This document shows positions 1 through 10,140 of a stretch of 64,000 nucleotides of DNA, one piece after another (within the stretch, counting starts at the first letter, position 1; the number at the start of each line of letters is the position of its first letter). The notes beneath the pieces are model-generated. The model worked only from the letters and a program-made list of their open reading frames with translations. It was not told the origin of the DNA and did not search any database. The stretch comes from an uncultured Actinomycetota bacterium. Its GTDB lineage: Bacteria > Actinomycetota > Actinomycetes > CAVWCF01. Where the stretch lies: NCBI GenBank assembly GCA_963753435.1, contig CAVWCF010000001.1, positions 128,001 through 192,000 on the forward strand, in the 5' to 3' direction. The position numbers and the translations under genes are program-made.

Positions 1-93
1 GGTGCCGCCGACGCCCAGGTCGATCCCTGGACAGCGCTGGATCGGGGCGAGGATCCGACCGCCGGGCCTGCGGCGAACCGGCAGCCGACCTGA
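1..93 (+). CDS. 3' end (partial) of Trp biosynthesis-associated membrane protein (TIGR02234-like)
   Basis: Frame 1 reads GAADAQVDPWTALDRGEDPT...TGA(91-93). W.ALDRGEDPT is the typical C-terminal motif of the actinobacterial trpE-trpC region membrane protein, and the context fits. Confidence 0.75.
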   Translation, partial: GAADAQVDPWTALDRGEDPTAGPAANRQPT

Positions 94-164
94 CACAATG
101 ACCCGGCACAGAATGACGCAGCCAGCTCGGTAGCAGCCGAGCGAAGATCGGGGAGGGACGCAGC

Positions 165-377
165 ATGGCCATTGAGCATGACAACCACGGACAGACCCCC
201 GCGGCCTGGACAGCCGTCATCATCATCATGATCGGTTCGCTGGTCGGGGCGGTGTCGTTCCTGGTCGTCCAGCCGTGGCTGTTCTTCGTCGGCCTTGGGA
301 TCTGCGTCGTGGGTGCGATCGTCGGCAAGGTCATGTCCATGGCCGGGATGGGCAAGCAGGGCGCGAACGCATCCTGA
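165..377 (+). CDS. HGxxPAAW family small membrane protein
   Basis: HGQTPAAW motif followed by two hydrophobic helices; GGGAGG SD upstream; usual trp-region position. Confidence 0.85.
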   Translation: MAIEHDNHGQTPAAWTAVIIIMIGSLVGAVSFLVVQPWLFFVGLGICVVGAIVGKVMSMAGMGKQGANAS

Positions 378-434
378 CAATCCCCTTACGTACTTCTGCG
401 GCTTTCCGAACCGCCCCGCTGGCACGCTGAACCC

Positions 435-1118
435 ATGCCGGATACAGGCGCGCGCGGGCTGGTCCTGGTGGTTGAGGACGAGCGAGCCATCGCCGACCTG
501 ATCCGGCTCTACCTAAGCCGCGAAGGCTTCGGTGTCCATGTGGAGTTCGACGGGCAGGCGGGGCTAACCGCCGCTCGGCGGCTGCACCCCGTGGCGATCG
601 TCATGGACGTGGGCCTGCCGGGCCTGGACGGCGTGGAGGTGTGCCGGCAGTTGCGCGCCGGCGGCGACTGGACTCCGTTGATCTTCGTAACCGCTCGTGA
701 CGACGAAGTGGACCGGGTCCTCGGGCTGGAGATCGGCGGGGACGACTACATCACCAAGCCGTTCAGCCCGCGCGAACTGGTGGCCAGGGTCAAGACCGTG
801 CTGCGTCGGGGTGGGGTCGCCGGAGAACGCGAACCGCTTTCCGTCGGCGGTGTCGTTCTGGACCCGGAGCGCCGCACCGTCGCCGTGGCCGGCAAGGCGG
901 TGCATCTCACTGCCACCGAGTTCGACCTCCTCGCGCAACTGATGCGGCGCCCCGGTCGCGTGTACTCCCGGGACGAACTGCTCAGCGAGGTTTGGGGTTA
1001 CGCCTCGGCCGCGGGCACTCGCACCGTTGATGTGCACGTAGCTCAGTTGCGGTCGAAGTTGGGACCAGACTGCCCGATCCGGACGGTGCGCGGTGTCGGA
1101 TACGCCATCGACGCGTGA
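435..1118 (+). CDS. OmpR/PhoB-family response regulator
   Basis: Receiver domain (LVVEDE, MDVGLPG, GGDDYITKPFS) plus winged-helix C-terminus (RTVDVHV, IRTVRGVGY). Confidence 0.95.
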   Translation: MPDTGARGLVLVVEDERAIADLIRLYLSREGFGVHVEFDGQAGLTAARRLHPVAIVMDVGLPGLDGVEVCRQLRAGGDWTPLIFVTARDDEVDRVLGLEIGGDDYITKPFSPRELVARVKTVLRRGGVAGEREPLSVGGVVLDPERRTVAVAGKAVHLTATEFDLLAQLMRRPGRVYSRDELLSEVWGYASAAGTRTVDVHVAQLRSKLGPDCPIRTVRGVGYAIDA

Positions 1119-1119
1119 G

Positions 1120-2502
1120 GTGACCCCGACCCGCTCGGGGCTGGTCGTACGAGTTGTCGCCGCCACCGTCGCGGCGGCGGCGGTGGCCGGTCTCATGGCG
1201 GCCGGATTGCTGCTCGGCCAGGTGCGTGGGGCCGCGGTGCAGCAGGCCCAAGCGGCTTTGGCGCGGCAGGCGGATCTGGTCGCCTCCAGCGTCGAAGCCA
1301 CTGCCGGTGTTGGCGGGCCGACTCGGCCGATCCGGTTGGTGCGAGTGCTGGAGCAGCAGGGGGTAAACGCGTTCGTCCTCAGCGCTGACGGTCGAAAGCC
1401 GGCGCAGCTGAGCGAGGAGCAGGCGCAAACACTGCTTTCCGGCGAATCGGTGTCCGTCGTCAACAGCGACCAGGAACCCGAACTCTTGATCGAGGGGCGC
1501 CCGGTCTCCGGGGGCGCCATCGTGTTGACCCAACCGGTCACGGTCATCGCCGATGTGGCTGCGGAATCGCGGCGGCGAATCCTGATCGCGGTCCTGGTCG
1601 GGCTGGCGGGGGCATCCGTGATCGGCGTCGTGCTGGCCCGTTGGTTGTCGCGGCCGGTCCGCGACGCCGCGGCCGCGGCGAACGCGCTGGCGGCTGGTGA
1701 CCGTGAAGTTCGCTTGCCTACCGACGGGCCGCAGGAAGTCGCCGAACTCGGCATCGCCCTGAATCAACTGTCGGACGCGCTGCGGCTGAGCGAGGAACGC
1801 CAGCGCCAGTTCCTGCTGTCGATCAGCCACGAACTACGCACGCCGTTGACCGCCATCCGCGGGTACGCCGAGGCGCTGGCCGACGGCACCATCGCGCCGG
1901 AGTCGGTGATCGGTGTGGGCAGGACCCTGGAGTCCGAATCACAGCGGCTGGACCATCTGGTCTCCGACCTCTTGGACCTGGCGCGGTTGCAGGCGGACCG
2001 GTTCCGGCTGGATCTGGCCGATGTCGACCTGTCGGAGTTGATGCGGCAGGCCGCCACCGTCTGGCGCGACCGTTGTACCGCCGAGGGCGTGCTTGTCCGC
2101 GAGGAGATTGCTGCCGAGTTGATTGCCCGCACCGATGCCACGCGCTTTCGGCAGATAGTGGATGGGCTGGCAGAGAACGCGTTGCGCGTGACCCCCAGCG
2201 GCGCGCCGATCGTCTTGGCGCTGCGTGCGGTCGATTCCTGGGTGGAACTGGAAGTTCGCGACGGTGGGCCGGGTCTCAGCGACGATGATCTGCAGGTCGC
2301 TTTCGAGCGCGGCGTGCTCCACGACCGCTACCGGGGCGTACGACCGGTCGGAACCGGTCTGGGGCTGGCGCTGGTCGCGGGCCTGGCGCAACGCCTGGGG
2401 GGAACGGCGCGCGCTCAGCATGCCCCGGAGGGTGGCGCCTGCTTCACCGTGCGCCTACCGGTGGCCGCTCCGGCGGGCGAGTCACCAACACCTCGGACCT
2501 AG
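1120..2502 (+). CDS. HAMP-domain sensor histidine kinase (BaeS-like)
   Basis: Two TM segments, HAMP, H-box SISHELRTPL, N-box ENALR, G1 DGGPG, G2 GTGLGL; start uncertain (GTG 1120 or 1093). Confidence 0.92.
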   Translation: MTPTRSGLVVRVVAATVAAAAVAGLMAAGLLLGQVRGAAVQQAQAALARQADLVASSVEATAGVGGPTRPIRLVRVLEQQGVNAFVLSADGRKPAQLSEEQAQTLLSGESVSVVNSDQEPELLIEGRPVSGGAIVLTQPVTVIADVAAESRRRILIAVLVGLAGASVIGVVLARWLSRPVRDAAAAANALAAGDREVRLPTDGPQEVAELGIALNQLSDALRLSEERQRQFLLSISHELRTPLTAIRGYAEALADGTIAPESVIGVGRTLESESQRLDHLVSDLLDLARLQADRFRLDLADVDLSELMRQAATVWRDRCTAEGVLVREEIAAELIARTDATRFRQIVDGLAENALRVTPSGAPIVLALRAVDSWVELEVRDGGPGLSDDDLQVAFERGVLHDRYRGVRPVGTGLGLALVAGLAQRLGGTARAQHAPEGGACFTVRLPVAAPAGESPTPRT

Positions 2503-2520
2503 CCACGGCATACTGCCGTC

Positions 2521-3006
2521 GTGGTCATGCACGCCCCTGCGGGTACCGACCGGACCGAATCCGGCCGTACCGGATCCGACCGGTCCGGAGCGAGGCTCGC
2601 CGGGCTGCGGCACCGAGCCTGGTTCGCCCCCGCGGCAACTGCTCTGGGCGTGGCAGCGGCACTGGGCTACGTGTCGGCAGTCGACCCCAACGAGCCTGGT
2701 CACTACCCCGGTTGCCCGCTTCAAGCCACCACCGGTCTCGATTGCCCCGGGTGCGGCGGTCTGCGCTGCGTGCATGCGCTGGTTCGTGGCGACGTCGCGG
2801 CGGCGGCCGACCAGAACCTGCTGGTGCTTTTGGCCCTGCCCCTGCTGGTAGTCGGCTGGGGCTACTGGCTGCTTCGCTCACTTGGTCGCATCAGCGCTGT
2901 TGCTTGGCCGCGCTGGATCGTGCCGGCGATTACGACTCTCCTGCTTGCGTTCAGCGTCGTGCGCAACATCCCGGCCGTGCCATTCCTCGGCTCCGGAGTC
3001 GGATAG
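2521..3006 (+). CDS. DUF2752 domain membrane protein
   Basis: CPLQATTGLDCPGCGGLRCVHAL signature flanked by TM helices; C-terminal FSVVRN. Confidence 0.88.
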   Translation: MVMHAPAGTDRTESGRTGSDRSGARLAGLRHRAWFAPAATALGVAAALGYVSAVDPNEPGHYPGCPLQATTGLDCPGCGGLRCVHALVRGDVAAAADQNLLVLLALPLLVVGWGYWLLRSLGRISAVAWPRWIVPAITTLLLAFSVVRNIPAVPFLGSGVG

Positions 3007-3009
3007 CGG

Positions 3010-3477
3010 CTAGAAGACGCCGCCAACCAGGTTCGCGACCAGCAGCACCGCCCAGATCGCCAGCGCGACGATGGAGATGATCCGAGCCGCCTTGGCGTTG
3101 GTCTCACCGGGTGCGCCCGGCATCGACCGGTAGGCGTCGAGCGCCTGGCTGGACCAAATCAGGCTCAGGATCGCCAGCGGCGCACAGCAAATCAGCGACA
3201 CGATCGAGATGATCAGCGAGTTGGTCGCCTTCTTACGGGTCGCCTCTACGGCGGGATCCGGTCCGGGCATCCCGTAGCCACCCGGCATTCCCGGTGGCGG
3301 CGGCGGGGGCATGCCGGGGCCACCGCCGATGGGCGGAGGTGGGGGTGGCGGGGGAGGCGGGGTAGCCGGTCCGCCACCCATAGGCGGGGGCGGCGGGGGC
3401 GGAGGCGGAGTAGCGCCGGTCCCCTCGGGGCGTTCGCTTCCTTCGTCGCCCGGCGGGGGCGGGGGCATCGTGGTCAT
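3010..3477 (-). CDS. Proline-rich membrane protein with CD225/dispanin- or DUF4190-like C-terminal domain
   Basis: ATG 3477 with GAGAGG SD; polyproline runs of 5, 9, 10 and 6; then LICCAPLAILSLIWSSQA...AKAARIISIVAL. Confidence 0.75.
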   Translation of the reverse strand: MTTMPPPPPGDEGSERPEGTGATPPPPPPPPPMGGGPATPPPPPPPPPPIGGGPGMPPPPPPGMPGGYGMPGPDPAVEATRKKATNSLIISIVSLICCAPLAILSLIWSSQALDAYRSMPGAPGETNAKAARIISIVALAIWAVLLVANLVGGVF

Positions 3478-3623
3478 GAACCTCTCCCGTGTCGGCACTT
3501 GCGCGGCAGGCTAGCGACTTAGGCCTGGTTCGGACGGACATTGCGCAACGACCCGCCGTGTCGGGCGGATCCTGACGTCGCGGATACCCTTCAACTCAAC
3601 CCCCAAGGACGCTGGGAGCCCGT

Positions 3624-4445
3624 GTGACCGTGCTCGACTCGATCCTGGCCGGCGTCCGCGAGGATCTGGCCCGACGCCAGGACACCACGCCAGCTGGCGC
3701 CGTGGCCGAGCGCGCGGCGGCGGCCCCCGGGCCGTTGGATGCTGTGGCCGCGCTCACCGCGCCCGGTGTATCCCTGATCGCGGAGGTCAAGCGGCGCAGC
3801 CCGAGCAAGGGTGACCTGGCTGAGATCGCCGACCCGGCCGGCCTGGCGTCGGCGTACGCCGAAGGCGGCGCTGCTGCGATCAGCGTCCTTACCGAGCAGC
3901 GGCGCTTCGGTGGTTCCTTGGCCGATCTGGACTCGGTGCGGGCGAGCGTCTCGGTGCCCTTGCTGCGCAAGGACTTCGTCGTCGACGAGTACCAGGTGGT
4001 CGAAGCTCGGGCACACGGTGCCGACCTGGTCCTGTTGATCGTTGCGGCGTTGTCAGACGAACGGCTGACCGCCCTGCTGGCCAGCATTCGCGATCTGGGG
4101 ATGACCGCCTTGGTCGAGGTTCACGATGAGGGCGAACTGCGCCGGGCCTTGGCTGCGGGTGCGGATCTGGTGGGAGTCAACGCCCGCAATCTGAAGACCC
4201 TGGAGGTCGACACCGCTGTGGTTGCGCGTCTCCTGCCGCTCATCCCGAACGGGGTGGTCAAGATCGCCGAGTCCGGCGTTCGTGGCCCGGAGGATGTGCG
4301 TCGCTACGCCGCCGCCGGCGCGGATGCGGTCCTCGTCGGTGAGGCACTGGTAACCGGTGCGGACCCGGCCGGTAGTGCGGCCGCCCTCGTGGCCGCGGGC
4401 GCGGTGGTGGCCGACGCGGTTACGTCGGCCGGGGAGCGGTTGTGA
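3624..4445 (+). CDS. trpC: Indole-3-glycerol phosphate synthase
   Basis: [36 protein letters not shown] motifs. Confidence 0.97.
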   Translation: MTVLDSILAGVREDLARRQDTTPAGAVAERAAAAPGPLDAVAALTAPGVSLIAEVKRRSPSKGDLAEIADPAGLASAYAEGGAAAISVLTEQRRFGGSLADLDSVRASVSVPLLRKDFVVDEYQVVEARAHGADLVLLIVAALSDERLTALLASIRDLGMTALVEVHDEGELRRALAAGADLVGVNARNLKTLEVDTAVVARLLPLIPNGVVKIAESGVRGPEDVRRYAAAGADAVLVGEALVTGADPAGSAAALVAAGAVVADAVTSAGERL

Positions 4446-5635
4446 CGGCGACGGCTCTCGGCCACTTCGGCCCATACGGCGGCCAGTTCGTCCCGGAGGC
4501 GCTGATGGCGGCGCTGGCCGAACTCGAGCGGGAGTTCATCGCCGCGCAGAGCGACCCGGACTTCGCCGCTGAGTTGACCGGCCTACTGACCGACTACACG
4601 GGTCGACCCAGCCCGCTGACCGACGTGCCCCGGTTCTCCGAGCATGCGGGTGGGGCGCGGGTCCTGCTCAAGCGCGAGGACCTGAACCACACCGGTTCGC
4701 ACAAGATCAACAACGTGCTCGGGCAGGCGCTGCTGACCCGGCGCATGGGCAAGACGCGCGTCATCGCCGAGACCGGTGCCGGTCAGCACGGCGTGGCCAC
4801 CGCGACCGCCGCCGCGCTGATGGGCCTGGAGTGCCTGGTCTACATGGGCGAGGAAGACACCCGACGGCAGGCCCTCAACGTTGCTCGCATGCGGCTGCTG
4901 GGCGCCGATGTCGTCCCGGTGACCGCGGGTTCGCGCACCCTCAAGGACGCCATGAACGAGGCCATGCGGGACTGGGTCACCAACGTGGAGAACACGCACT
5001 ATCTGATTGGGACCGTCGCTGGGCCGCATCCATTCCCCACGATCGTGCGGCGGTTCCACGAGGTTATTGGCATCGAGACCCGCGAGCAGGTACTGCAGCG
5101 GACCGGTCGGCTGCCGGACGCGGTGGCGGCATGCGTTGGTGGCGGGTCCAACGCCATCGGCATCTTCTCCGGATTCATCGATGACGCCGGCGTTCGGCTT
5201 ATGGGTTTCGAAGCCGGCGGCGACGGCGTGGACACCGGTCGGCACGCGGCCAGCATCACCGGGGGCAGCCCCGGGGTGCTGCACGGTGCGCGCTCGTACG
5301 TCCTGCAGGACGACATGGGTCAGACCATCGAAAGCCATTCAATCTCCGCCGGGCTGGACTACCCAGGCGTTGGGCCGGAGCACGCCTGGCTCGCCGACAC
5401 CGGCCGGGCGACCTACGAGCCGGTCACCGATGCCGAGGCGATGGAGGCGTTCGGACTGCTGTGCCGAACCGAGGGGATCATCCCGGCCATCGAGAGTGCC
5501 CATGCGCTGGCCGGGGCCCTGCGCGCCGGTCGGCAGCTGGGCGCGGGCTCGGTAATCGTCGTCAACCTCTCCGGGCGCGGCGACAAGGACGTGGACACCG
5601 CGGCCAAGTGGTTCGGCCTGATGGACAGCGAATGA
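4442..5635 (+). CDS. trpB: Tryptophan synthase beta subunit
   Basis: [16 protein letters not shown] (PLP Lys), [22 protein letters not shown]. Confidence 0.99.
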   Translation: MTATALGHFGPYGGQFVPEALMAALAELEREFIAAQSDPDFAAELTGLLTDYTGRPSPLTDVPRFSEHAGGARVLLKREDLNHTGSHKINNVLGQALLTRRMGKTRVIAETGAGQHGVATATAAALMGLECLVYMGEEDTRRQALNVARMRLLGADVVPVTAGSRTLKDAMNEAMRDWVTNVENTHYLIGTVAGPHPFPTIVRRFHEVIGIETREQVLQRTGRLPDAVAACVGGGSNAIGIFSGFIDDAGVRLMGFEAGGDGVDTGRHAASITGGSPGVLHGARSYVLQDDMGQTIESHSISAGLDYPGVGPEHAWLADTGRATYEPVTDAEAMEAFGLLCRTEGIIPAIESAHALAGALRAGRQLGAGSVIVVNLSGRGDKDVDTAAKWFGLMDSE

Positions 5636-6423
5636 GCCATCTCGCGGAATTGTTCGCGCGCACCCGCGCCGAAGGTCGTGCCGCCCTCATCGCCTATTTG
5701 CCGGCCGGGTTTCCCACGGTCGATGGCGCTGTCGACGCGCTGCACGCCATGACCAAGGCCGGCGTCGACGCCGTCGAGGTGGGGCTGGCCTACTCCGATC
5801 CCTTGATGGACGGTCCAACGATTCAGCGTGCGGTCGAGTCAGCCCTGGCCAACGGCGTAACCACTCCGGACGTGATCGCAACGGCGGGAGCGGTCGCTGC
5901 TACCGGGACTCCGGCGCTGGTCATGTCCTACTACAACCCGATCGAGCGGTACGGCCTGGAGCGCTTCGCCAACGAACTGGCGGCAGCAGGTGGCTCTGGG
6001 GTGATCACCCCGGATCTGACCCCCGAAGAGGCCGAGCCGTGGCTCGACGCGGCCGCCGCCGCGGGTCTGGACCCCGTGTTCCTGGTCGCACCGAGCAGCA
6101 CCGACGAGCGGTTGCGGATCGTTGCCGGGGTCACCCGCGGTTTCGTTTATGCGGCTTCCACCATGGGCGTGACCGGTGCCCGGACTTCGGTGGGGGAGCG
6201 GGCCGAGGCCCTGGTCGACCGGGTTCGCCGGGTCACCGATTTGCCAGTGTGCGTGGGGCTGGGCGTGAGCACCGCCGAGCAGGCTGCGGACGTCGCCCGC
6301 TTCGCCGACGGTGTGATCGTCGGTTCGGCCTTCGTGGACCGGATTCTGAACCGGCCCAACTGGATTGATTCGGTCGCGGAATTGGCCGCAGACCTGGCCG
6401 CGGGCGTGCGGGGCGCATCGTGA
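5632..6423 (+). CDS. trpA: Tryptophan synthase alpha subunit
   Basis: ATG 5632 overlaps the trpB stop; [26 protein letters not shown]. Confidence 0.97.
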   Translation: MSHLAELFARTRAEGRAALIAYLPAGFPTVDGAVDALHAMTKAGVDAVEVGLAYSDPLMDGPTIQRAVESALANGVTTPDVIATAGAVAATGTPALVMSYYNPIERYGLERFANELAAAGGSGVITPDLTPEEAEPWLDAAAAAGLDPVFLVAPSSTDERLRIVAGVTRGFVYAASTMGVTGARTSVGERAEALVDRVRRVTDLPVCVGLGVSTAEQAADVARFADGVIVGSAFVDRILNRPNWIDSVAELAADLAAGVRGAS

Positions 6424-7133
6424 CGTCTGTAACTGTTGCCGCCTGGGCCGAACGCGGCCGGAACCGCATCGGTCCGGCCCGCCGTCACAGGGCCATGCGC
6501 GGTGCTGCTGGCTTCCTGGCGCTCGTGGGCGTCCTCGGGCTGACCGGATGCGCCGGTAGCAGTGCCTCGGCCGACAATCCCGCGGGCGTGCTCATCTCGG
6601 CGGAGTCAGACGGCGAATTCGCCGGATCCGAGTTGGCGCAGCCGTATCCGCTTCCGGATGTGGAGTTGACTGACACTCGCGGGGAGATCTTCAACCCGGC
6701 GACCGATGCCCAGGCCGGAGTCACTCTGGTCTTCTTCGGCTACACGCACTGTCCGGACATCTGCAACACCACTTTGGCCGACGTCGCCGCGGCGCTGCGG
6801 CGTGCCGACGATCAGGTGGCCGACGCAACGCAGCTGCTGTTCATCACCGTCGACCCGGAGCGCGACACGCCGCAGGTCGTCCGGGAGTACCTGGACCAGT
6901 TCGACAGCGCCTTCGAAGGGCTTACCGGCACGCCGGAGCAGGTCGCCGACACTGCGGCGGCACTCGGGGTGGCGCTGGAAGGGACCGTGCCAGTCGCCGG
7001 GGGCTACGAGGTGGAGCACGGGACCCAAGTGATCGGTTTCGACGCCGTGGGCGCCGGACGGCTCGTCTGGACCCAAGGGACTACGGTCGGCGACCTGCGT
7101 GACGACATCACCAGACTGGCGGAGGCGGCATGA
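6420..7133 (+). CDS. SCO1/SenC family copper-binding lipoprotein
   Basis: Lipobox LTGC; FFGYTHCPDIC (CxxxC); ITVDPERDT; distal His (VEHG). The true start could be ATG 6496. Confidence 0.9.
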   Translation: MTSVTVAAWAERGRNRIGPARRHRAMRGAAGFLALVGVLGLTGCAGSSASADNPAGVLISAESDGEFAGSELAQPYPLPDVELTDTRGEIFNPATDAQAGVTLVFFGYTHCPDICNTTLADVAAALRRADDQVADATQLLFITVDPERDTPQVVREYLDQFDSAFEGLTGTPEQVADTAAALGVALEGTVPVAGGYEVEHGTQVIGFDAVGAGRLVWTQGTTVGDLRDDITRLAEAA

Positions 7134-7717
7134 GCACGGCGATCGAGGTCGGCACGACCGATCGGATCAAGGGCAAACCGTGGCAGTTGTGGTTCAGCAC
7201 GCTGGCGCGGCTAGTCCTGGCCGGGGTACTGCTTGTCGCCGGTGGGCTCAAGGTCACCGACCCGGATCTTGCGGCCGCTGCGGTTCAGGCGTACCGAATC
7301 TTCCCGCCGGCCCTTGGCGAGATCATCGGCTATGGGCTACCGGTGGCCGAGATCGCCATCGGGATCCTGCTGCTCTTGGGGCTGGGCACCCGGCTCAGCG
7401 CCGTGATCACCGCGATCCTGATGGTGGCGTTCATCGCCGGGGTTGCCTCGGCCTGGGCCCGGGGGCTGCGCATCGACTGCGGCTGCTTCGGCGGCGGCGG
7501 CGACCTGGCCGAAGGCGTGGAAACGCAGTACGTCCAGGAAATCGTGCGGGACCTGCTGTTCCTGGGTCTGGCGATATGGCTCATTATCTTCCCTGGTAGC
7601 CGGTTCGCCTTGGACAAGTCCGGAGTCGCGGGAACGCACGACTCGGGCGTATTCGATGAGTGGGACGACGAAGCCGCAGCCGAAGGCGGCGGCGCTGACG
7701 AGGAGAGCAAGCCATGA
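7130..7717 (+). CDS. MauE/DoxX family redox-associated membrane protein
   Basis: Several TM helices, LPVAEI, RGLRIDCGCFGGG motif. Confidence 0.88.
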   Translation: MSTAIEVGTTDRIKGKPWQLWFSTLARLVLAGVLLVAGGLKVTDPDLAAAAVQAYRIFPPALGEIIGYGLPVAEIAIGILLLLGLGTRLSAVITAILMVAFIAGVASAWARGLRIDCGCFGGGGDLAEGVETQYVQEIVRDLLFLGLAIWLIIFPGSRFALDKSGVAGTHDSGVFDEWDDEAAAEGGGADEESKP

Positions 7718-8464
7718 GCAGCCAGTCCAACAAGAGCCGCGAGAGCCGCCGCGACGCCCGGGACCGGCTCGCCGCACAGCGCGAAGCGCAGAAGTCCGCC
7801 GATGCTCGCCGGGAGCGGTTCTTCCGCATCGGGATCATCGCCGTGGTACTGATCCTGGTGGCCGGCATCACCGCGCTGATCGCGTGGAACAACCGAATCG
7901 CCTCGGACTTCGCTACGCCGCCGAGCGCACAGGAAGACGGCGCCTTGGTGTTCGGCTCCGGCGACACCCAAATGGCCCTCTTCGAGGACTTCCAGTGCCC
8001 CGCCTGCGCCCAGTTCGAGGCCGCCTCCGGGGACACCGTCCGCGAACTGACCGAGGCCAATGACACGACGACGCTCTACTACATCATGTCGTTCCTGGAC
8101 GCGAACTTGGGCAACGATGCGTCGGCCCGATCCGCCAATGCGGCCGCATGCGCGGACGTTGACGGCAAGTTCGTCGACTTCCACAAGACCGATGTATGCC
8201 AACCAGCCCGAAGTCGAGGGAACCGGCTGGACCGACGACGAACTGAAGTCGTTCGGCGCTCAGGTTGGCATTGAGGGCGACGCCAAGACCGAGTTCGACA
8301 CCTGCGTGGACGACCAGACATACAGCGAATGGGTTCGGTTGGTGACCAAGAGCAGCCGTGACCTGGGGGTGACCTCCACGCCGACGGTTCAGGTGAACGG
8401 TGAAGACATCCCGCGCGAGCAGTACACGCCGGAGGGTCTGCGCGAGGCGGTCGGAGCCCAGTAG
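7714..8464 (+). pseudogene. Membrane-anchored DsbA-like thioredoxin-fold protein split by a +1 frameshift near 8189-8191 (may be a sequencing error)
   Basis: Frame 7714 has a TM anchor, FEDFQCPAC and ANAAAC...FVDFHKT. The +1 frame continues MYANQPE...GVTSTPTVQVNG to TAG 8464, which overlaps the lgt start. Confidence 0.85.
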
Positions 8465-9324
8465 TGCTACCGCTGTCCATCCCCAGCCCCGAGCAGGCGG
8501 AGTGGCAGTTAGGACCGTTTCCGCTGCGCGCCTACGCGCTGGCGATCATCCTCGGCATCGTCGCGGCCATCTGGATCGGCGAGCGCCGGTGGCGCGCGCG
8601 CGGCGGTGAGCCTGGAGTCATCGGCGACATCGCCGTTTGGGCCGTGCCGTTCGGCATCATCGGCGGGCGGCTGTACCACGTGATCTCCGACGCCCAGTTG
8701 TACTTCTGCGACACGTGCCGGCCGGTCGAAGCGCTCTACGTGTGGCAGGGCGGCCTCGGCATCTGGGGTGCGATCGCGATGGGCGGGGTGGGCGCCTACA
8801 TCGGGGCCCGTCGCGCCGGCGTGTCCGTGCTCGCTGTCGGGGACGCGATCGCACCAGGCATCGCCGTGGCCCAGGCGATCGGTCGCTGGGGCAACTACTT
8901 CAACGTCGAACTGTTCGGGCGCCCGACAGATGTGCCTTGGGCCCTGGAGGTGCCGCTGGACAAGCGGCCTGAAGGCTACGAGCAGTTCGAGACCTTCCAC
9001 CCGACGTTCCTGTACGAGTCGTTGTGGATGCTGGTGGTGGCTGGGTTGCTGCTGCTCATCGAACGGCGTACCCGGCTTCGTCCCGGACAGTTGTTCTTCA
9101 CGTACATCGCGCTGTACTGCCTCGGCCGGTTCTTCATCGAGTACTTGCGCATCGACCCGGCCAACAGTTTCCTCGGACTTCGGCTGAACCTTTGGACTTC
9201 GGTGCTGGTCGGGCTGGGGGCGGTCGTGACGATCGTCTGGTTGGGTCGACGGCCAACTTCGGCTGCGGAGTCAGTAGAGAATTCGGACGCGGAGTCCACG
9301 GACCAGTCGGAGCAGGCATCGTGA
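8464..9324 (+). CDS. lgt: Prolipoprotein diacylglyceryl transferase
   Basis: GGRLYHV, GGLGIWG, AQAIGRWGNYFN, HPTFLYE motifs. Confidence 0.97.
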   Translation: MLPLSIPSPEQAEWQLGPFPLRAYALAIILGIVAAIWIGERRWRARGGEPGVIGDIAVWAVPFGIIGGRLYHVISDAQLYFCDTCRPVEALYVWQGGLGIWGAIAMGGVGAYIGARRAGVSVLAVGDAIAPGIAVAQAIGRWGNYFNVELFGRPTDVPWALEVPLDKRPEGYEQFETFHPTFLYESLWMLVVAGLLLLIERRTRLRPGQLFFTYIALYCLGRFFIEYLRIDPANSFLGLRLNLWTSVLVGLGAVVTIVWLGRRPTSAAESVENSDAESTDQSEQAS

Positions 9325-10064
9325 CCCATCGACCGAACGACGGCAGCCCTGCCGCCGCCCACGCCGATCACCACGCGGACGTGTCCGGCGGCTGGTTGCG
9401 AGCTGCGGTATTCGGTGCCAGCGACGGACTTGTCAGCAACTTCGCGCTGATCGCCGGTGTGGTCGGTGGCGCCACGGCCGCAGTCGACGACGTTTCCATC
9501 AACTCTTTGATCGTGCTCACCGGCTTGGCCGGCTTGTTCGCCGGCGCGTTCAGCATGGCTACGGGGGAGTGGGTCTCGGTCCGGACGCAGAACGAGATGG
9601 TGCACCGGGAACTGCAGTACGAGGCGGATGAGCTCCGGATCAACACCGAGGCGGAGACGGCCGAGTTGGCCGGGTGGTTCGCCGACCACGGTGTCGACCC
9701 GGACCTGGCCCATCAGGTGTCCAGTCAGATCTCCGCGGATACCGAATCGGCGCTGCGCATCCACGCCCGCGCGGAACTTGGCTTGGACCCGGACTCGTTG
9801 CCGAGTCCGTGGGTGGCTGCCTTCGCTTCCTTCGGAGCGTTCGCGCTGGGGGCCATAATCCCGGTCTTCCCGTTCTTCTTCGGTGCCACCACGTTGACCC
9901 CGGCCGCGGCCGCCGCGGCTGCTGGCATGTTCGGCGCCGGAGCATTGGCTTCCCTGGTCACCACCCAGGCGTGGTGGTTCAGCGGTCTGCGCCAGCTCCT
10001 CCTGGGGGCGGCTGCGGCCACGGTCACGTTCTGGGTTGGCAGTCTTGTCGGCGGTTCCGTCTAA
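9321..10064 (+). CDS. VIT1/CCC1 family Fe2+/Mn2+ transporter
   Basis: GTG 9321 overlaps the lgt stop; [30 protein letters not shown]. Confidence 0.93.
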   Translation: MTHRPNDGSPAAAHADHHADVSGGWLRAAVFGASDGLVSNFALIAGVVGGATAAVDDVSINSLIVLTGLAGLFAGAFSMATGEWVSVRTQNEMVHRELQYEADELRINTEAETAELAGWFADHGVDPDLAHQVSSQISADTESALRIHARAELGLDPDSLPSPWVAAFASFGAFALGAIIPVFPFFFGATTLTPAAAAAAAGMFGAGALASLVTTQAWWFSGLRQLLLGAAAATVTFWVGSLVGGSV

Positions 10065-10140
10065 ACGCGGTTCCGGTACGCTTTGCGGCGCCGCGGCCAG
10101 AGTCGTCCTCGGCAAGTGTTTCGGACGACCTGGAGTTGCA

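Noticed and set aside
95-120. Short repeat ACAATGAC/AGAATGAC upstream of the HGxxPAAW gene
   Set aside because: It is too short and imperfect to call an operator, and probably just includes a -10 element.
3480-3623. Possible trp attenuator or leader peptide before trpC
   Set aside because: No short Trp-codon ORF or terminator was found; there is only a -10-like TACCCT and an SD.
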